This document shows positions 58,505 through 64,000 of a stretch of DNA of 64,000 nucleotides, one piece after another. The notes under the pieces are model-generated. The model had not been told where the DNA came from. It was given only the letters and a program-made list of their open reading frames with translations, and searched no databases. The stretch comes from Chrysemys picta bellii. Taxonomy: Eukaryota. Made by a program: the position numbers and the translations under genes. The DNA lies in contig NC_088791.1 of NCBI RefSeq assembly GCF_011386835.1, positions 88,474,001 to 88,538,000 of the forward strand. The letters run 5' to 3'. Every line of letters begins with the position of its first letter. Position 1 is the stretch's first letter.

Positions 58505-61500
58505 TGAGGAGGGCTTTAAACTAGGTTCGATGGGGACAGGTGAGCAAAGCCCACAGGTAAGTGGGGAACATGGAGACCGGGGAGATGGGTCGGAAACGAG
58601 AGGGAGTGTGGGCTATATTGGCAGAGAGAAAGGAGAGTCAGGACAAAACTGGGAGAAAAGATCAAACCAGTATCTTAGATGCCTATATACAAATGCGAGA
58701 AGTATGGGGAACAAGCAGGAAGAACTGGAAGTGCTAATAAATAAATACAACTATGACATTGTTGGCATCACTGAAACTTGGTGGGATAATACACATGATT
58801 GGAATGTTGGTGTGGATGGGTACAGCTTGCTCAGGAAGGATAGACAGGGGAAAAAGGGAGGAGGTGTTGCCTTATATATTAAAAATGTACACACTTGGAC
58901 TGAGGTAGAGATGGACATAGGAGACGGAAGTGTTGAGAGTCTCTGGGTTAGGCTAAAAGGGGCAAAAAACAAGGGAGATGTCATGCTAGGAGTCTACTAC
59001 AGGCCACCTAACCAGGTGGAAGAGGTGGATGAGGCTTTTTTCAAGCAACTAACAAAATCATCCAAAGCCCAAGATTTGGTGGTGATGGGGGACTTCAACT
59101 ATCCGGATATATGTTGGGAAAATAACACAGCGGGGCACAGACTATCCAACAAATTCTTGGACTGCATTGGAGACAACTTTTTATTTCAGAAGGTTGAAAA
59201 AGCTACTAGGGGGGAAGCTGTTCTAGACTTGATTTTAACAAATAGGGAGGAACTCGTTGAGAATGTGAAAGTAGAAGGCAGCCTGGGTGAAAGTGATCAT
59301 TAAATCATAGAGTTTGCAATTCTAAGGAAGGGTAGAAGGGAGAACAGCAAAATAGAGACAATGGATTTCAGGAAGGCAGATTTTGGGAAGCTCAGAGAGC
59401 TGATAGGTAAGGTCCCATGGGAATCAAGACTGAGGGGAAAAACAACTGAGGAGAGTTGGCAGTTTTTCAAAGGGACACTATTAAGGGCCCAAAAGCAAGC
59501 TATTCCGCTGGTTAGGAAAGATAGAAAATGTGGCAAAAGACCACCTTGGCTTAACCACGAGATCTTGCATGATCTAAAAAATAAAAAGGAGTCATATAAA
59601 AAATGGAAACTAGGACAGATTACAAAGGATGAATATAGGCAAACAACACAGGAATGCAGGGGCAAGATTAGAAAGGCAAAGGCACAAAAGGAGCTCAAAC
59701 TAGCTACGGGAATAAAAGGAAACAAGAAGACTTTTTATCAATACATTAGAAGCAAGAGGAAGACCAAAGACAGGGTAGGCCCACTGCTTAGTGAAGAGGG
59801 AGAAACAGTAACAGGAAACTTGGACATGGCAGAGATGCTTAATGACTTCTTTGTTTCGGTCTTCACCGAGAAGTCTGAAGGAATGCCTAACATAGTGAAT
59901 ACTAATGGGAAGGGGGTAGGTTTAGCGGATAAAATAAAAAAAGAACAAGTTAAAAATCACTTAGAAAAGTTAGATGCCTGCAAGTCACCCGGGCCTGATG
60001 AAATGCATCCTAGAATACTCAAGAAGCTAATAGAGGAGGTATCTGAGCCTCTAGCTATTATCTTTGGAAAGTCATGGGAGACGGAAGAGATTCCAGAAGA
60101 CTGGAAAAGGGCAAATATAGTGCCCATCTATAAAAAGGGAAATAAAAACAACCCAGGAAACTACAGACCAGTTAGTTTAACTTCTGTGCCAGGGAAGATA
60201 ATGGAGCAAGTAATTAAGGAAATCATCTGCAAACACTTGGAAGGTGGTAAGGTGATAGGGAACAGCCAGCATGGATTTGTGAAGAACAAATCATGTCAAA
60301 CCAATCTAATAGCTTTCTTTGATAGGATAACGAGCCTTGTGGATAAGGGTGAAGCGGTGGATGTGGTATACCTAGACTTTAGTAAGGCATTTGATACGGT
60401 CTCGCATGATATTCTTATCGATAAACTAGGCAAATACAATTTAGATGGGGCTACTATAAGGTGGGTGCATAACTGGCTGGATAACTGTACTCAGAGAGTT
60501 GTTATTAATGGTTCCCAATCCTGCTGGAAAGGCGTAACGAGTGGGGTACCGCAGGGGTCTGTTTTGGGACTGGCTCTGTTCAATATCTTCATCAACGACT
60601 TAGATATTGGCATAGAAAGTACGCTTATTAAGTTTGCGGATGATACCAAACTGGGAGGGATTGCAACTACTTTGGAGGACAGGGTCATAATTCAAAATGA
60701 CCTGGACAAATTGGAGAAATGGTCTGAGTTAAACAGGATGAAGTTTAACAAAGACAAATGCAAAGTGCTCCACTTAGGAAGGAAAAATCAATTTCACACA
60801 TACAGAATGGGAAAAGACTGTCTAGGTAGGAGTACGGCAGAAAAGGATCTAGGGGTTATAGTAGACCACAAGCTAAATATGAGTCAACAGTGTGATGCTG
60901 TTGCAAAAAAAGCAAACATGATTCTGGGATGTATTAACAGGTGTGTTGTGAGCAAGACGCGAGAAGTCATTCTTCCGCTCTACTCTGCTCTGGTTAGGCC
61001 TCAGCTGGAGTATTGTGTCCAGTTCTGGGCGCCGCACTTTAAAAAAGATGTGGAGAAATTGGAAAGGGTCCAAAGAAGAGCAACAAGAATGATTAAAGGT
61101 CTTGAGAACATGACCTATGAAGGAAGGCTGAAAGAATTGGGTTTGTTTAGTTTGGAAAAGAGAAGACTGAGAGGGGACATGATAGCAGTTTTCAGGTATC
61201 TAAAAGGGTGTCATAAGGAGGAGGGAGAGAACTTGTTCACCTTAGCCTCTAAGGATAGAACCAGAAACAATGGGTTTAAACTGCAGCAAGGGAGGTCTAG
61301 GTTGGACATTAGGAAAAAGTTCCTAACTGTCAGGGTGGTTAAACACTGGAACAAATTGCCTAGGGAGGTTGTGGAATCTCCGTCTCTGGAGATATTTAAG
61401 AGTAGGTTAGATAAATGTCTATCAGGGATGGTCTAGACAGTATTTGGTCCTGCCATGCGGGCAGGGTACTGGACTCGATGACCTCTCGAGGTCCCTTCCA

Positions 61501-61531
61501 GTCCTATAATCTATGAATCTATGAATCTATG
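58505..61531 (+). mobile_element. CR1 LINE, 5'-truncated, near-intact ORF2 (one in-frame TAA at 59301-59303)
   Basis: ORFs 58530-59303 and 59361-61436 share a frame (offset 831 nt). EN motifs [34 protein letters not shown]; RT motifs [24 protein letters not shown]. Tail (tctatgaa)n to ~61531. Confidence 0.98.
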
Positions 61532-63331
61532 TGTTCTTCTGGCTACTTAGTGGGTCATCATCTGCCAAGGGGAAGTGTCACAAGACCACCAGGACCACTT
61601 CTAAGGGTTATAGAGGTGTTTGTTCACAGGGCTCATTTAGTCCTTAGCTTGCCTGGTGAAACTGCCAAGGGTCAGTTAGTGCCCCAAATGTATGGCAACT
61701 TTTGTGACGTGGGCACCTGTGCAGCAGGAATGTGACTGAGTGATCACCACCTCATTTCACACAGGCAACTAAACAGCCAGCAGACTTTGTCACTTCTGAC
61801 CACACAGCTTCATTTTAGCTAAATATATATTTGATTAGGTTATAGGTCAGACTGGTTCTGATAATGTACAAGACCTGAAACTTCACTCCAAAATAACGCA
61901 ATCCCTCCGAAATATTTCCTGAGGTTCAGGGAAGAAGTGGAGAAATCTTGATTAATATTTTCCGTGTATCTATAATTGTCACCTACCTATGCACTTAAGT
62001 GACTTCCAGAGACCTGAAATATCAAAATAACTGAGAGAAAATGCTATACTTATTGTCCAACTTAATTGAAATTAGAATTTCTGTTTTCATAACAACCCCA
62101 GACCAAAGAGCTTGGAAAAAGTTTATAGACTTGTAGATGCTTAACCAGAAGTTTGATTAATGTATTCACAGATTTCAAGGCTAGAAGGGACAATTAAATC
62201 ATCATTTGCATTCCTGTATAACACAGGCTATAGAATTTCACATAGTTTCACCTGCATAGAGTCCTAATACTTGTGTTTGCATCCAGTCTTGATCAGAAGA
62301 CATAAAGAGATGGAGAATCCACCAGTTCCCTTGGTAGGTTCTTCCAATAATTTATCAGCCTCATTGTTTAAAACATGCATCTTATTTCTAATTTGAATTT
62401 CTCTGGTTTTAACTTCCAGCCATTGGTTCCTGTTATCCTTTTCTCTGCTAGATTAAAGAGCATTGGTACCTGGTATTTTCTCCCCATGAAGGTTCTAATT
62501 CACCATAATCAAGTCACCTTTTAGGCCTGGTCTACACTTAAAAATTGAGATTAATTTAGCTATGATGCTCAGGGCTGTGAAAAAATTTGTGCACTGATCA
62601 CAGTAGTTAGGTCAACCTAATCCTGGATGGAGAGGAAGGAAGGAATGAAAAGTCATTCGGAGAGAATGAAGGAGTGAAAGGGCGTATGGCAGAGATTAGA
62701 AGTACCTGAGGGAGGACTTAAAAAAAAAAAAAAGGATAGAGATTACAGTTGTAACCACTAGGAACTTTATTTTTTGGTAAAAAATTTCCCCACGTTGCTA
62801 CTAGTTCAGCTTCCCTATTGGCAGCAAAGATGAGAACCCTCGTGCAGATCTGGGTACAAGTGGCTACTGGTATTTAAAGCACCCTGCCATATAACAGTAC
62901 TGCCAAGACTTGTAACATTTGGTGTTTTTCTTAAAGTTCCAGCTCCTTAAATGTGTAATTATGTAAGAATTTCAGCTTTAAAACAAAGAAGGCTCTAGTG
63001 CTCATGACTTTGGAGGAAAGGATGAAAAAGTTATTTAAGTGCAGAATAAAGTTAAAAAATTATAATGCAAATAAAAAGAACCTAAGATTTTATATTTTAA
63101 ACCAATCTCAAGATTTTTTTGGGGGTGGGGGAGAACTGACTCATGATTCTTGACTGTGTGGAGTTGGTAATATTACATGTAGCTACATTTAGCCTGGACC
63201 AGGTACAAGAGAGGAAAACCAGCACATGTAGACGCTGGAAGTGCTGGTCTGAAATGGGCAGGACATATTAGGCAGTAGGAGCAGAGAAGAGAGAGATTGA
63301 AAGTGCAGGAGGCCTATTTGGTGCCTGCAAT

Positions 63332-63570
63332 TTAGGCCTGGTCTGCACGAAAAAGTTAGGTTTACCCAGCTGCGTGACTTGGGGGAGTGAAAATCCACCG
63401 CCCAGTGTAGACAGTGCTAGGCCGATGGAAGAATTCTTCCGTAGACCTGGCGCCTAGGGACACGAGGTGGATTAACTACGCTGGCAGGAGAACGCCTCCT
63501 ATCGGCGCAGGCCGTGACTACACCGCCACGGTGCAGCGACGTGCTGTAGCCTTTCAGGTGTGCACAAGCC
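63332..63570. repeat. Palindromic gtctacac/gtgtagac-type interspersed repeat with retained CpGs
   Basis: Same family as the fragment at ~62520-62625 and similar repeats near 23540-23950, but CpG-rich. Confidence 0.55.
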
Positions 63571-63674
63571 CTGCCATAGCTGCCCCTCGGGCCTGGATGG
63601 ATCAAACCAAAAACACCTTCCCCTGGGGCGAAGGGCCCAAGAACCAGTGGCTCAGCTAAGCCCGGGAACGCCGG

Positions 63675-64000
63675 TGTTGGCCAAATAGGGCCCGTTTCCC
63701 CCCGGAGCTTACCTAATTACACCAAGGAGGCACGGAGAGACAAGAAGACGGGTACCAGGTCCTTTATTTGTCAGTCAGCTGAGAGGGTGCTCCCATCGGC
63801 TCATGCCAGAGGGGAGAGACACCTTACAGGGCCAAGCAGGCCCTTTTTTATAACCAGTAACAAACAACTTAGCCTTGATTCTTTTGCGTCATTACACTGA
63901 CCTATAGATAATAGGTTACACAGAATACATATATTATTTTGGGGAAGGGGATACAAGAAACATCTGTTGCGGATACATTTATCATATTGAAGGGAGAACA
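63675..64000 (-). mobile_element. LTR-like element running off the window edge
   Basis: On minus: TATAAAA (63852-63846), AATAAA ~80 nt later (63768-63763), a U5-like tract, and an end ...ccaaCA at 63675. The other end and the TSD are not visible. Confidence 0.45.

Noticed and set aside
63655-63685. Primer-binding site next to the right-edge LTR-like element
   Set aside because: The sequence following the putative LTR end does not match any tRNA 3' complement I recognise, and no gag/pol ORF follows, so at most it is a solo LTR.

Overview
Vertebrate genomic DNA, most likely a turtle (inferred from CR1 LINEs of the turtle type, a tortoise Pol III/SINE and Penelope-like elements). It is the region syntenic with human 12p12.3. 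I could build five intact protein-coding genes by hand with GT-AG splice sites. On the + strand: MGP (4 exons, 105 aa), an osteocalcin-family paralogue tandem to MGP (OC3-like, 4 exons, 101 aa), ART4 (3 exons, 293 aa, complete R-S-EXE catalytic motif) and SMCO3 (single coding exon, 225 aa). On the - strand: C12orf60 (single coding exon, 256 aa). The rest is mostly transposons: two ~3 kb CR1 copies (one with a single nonsense codon in ORF2), older CR1/L2/MIR/AmnSINE-like remnants, many hAT-type non-autonomous elements with 8-bp TSDs, Penelope-like fragments carrying minimal hammerhead ribozyme motifs, and solo LTR-like elements. The right edge becomes CpG-rich, consistent with the C12orf60/WBP11 promoter region. 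All gene and repeat names come from motif recognition and synteny, not from a database search. The best leads are the OC3-like gene (MGP-like front half, 49-aa Tyr-rich osteocalcin-type mature peptide), a 49-bp duplicate of its core promoter, the intronic ribozyme with its own antisense arm in ART4, and the SMCO3/C12orf60 nested paralogue pair.
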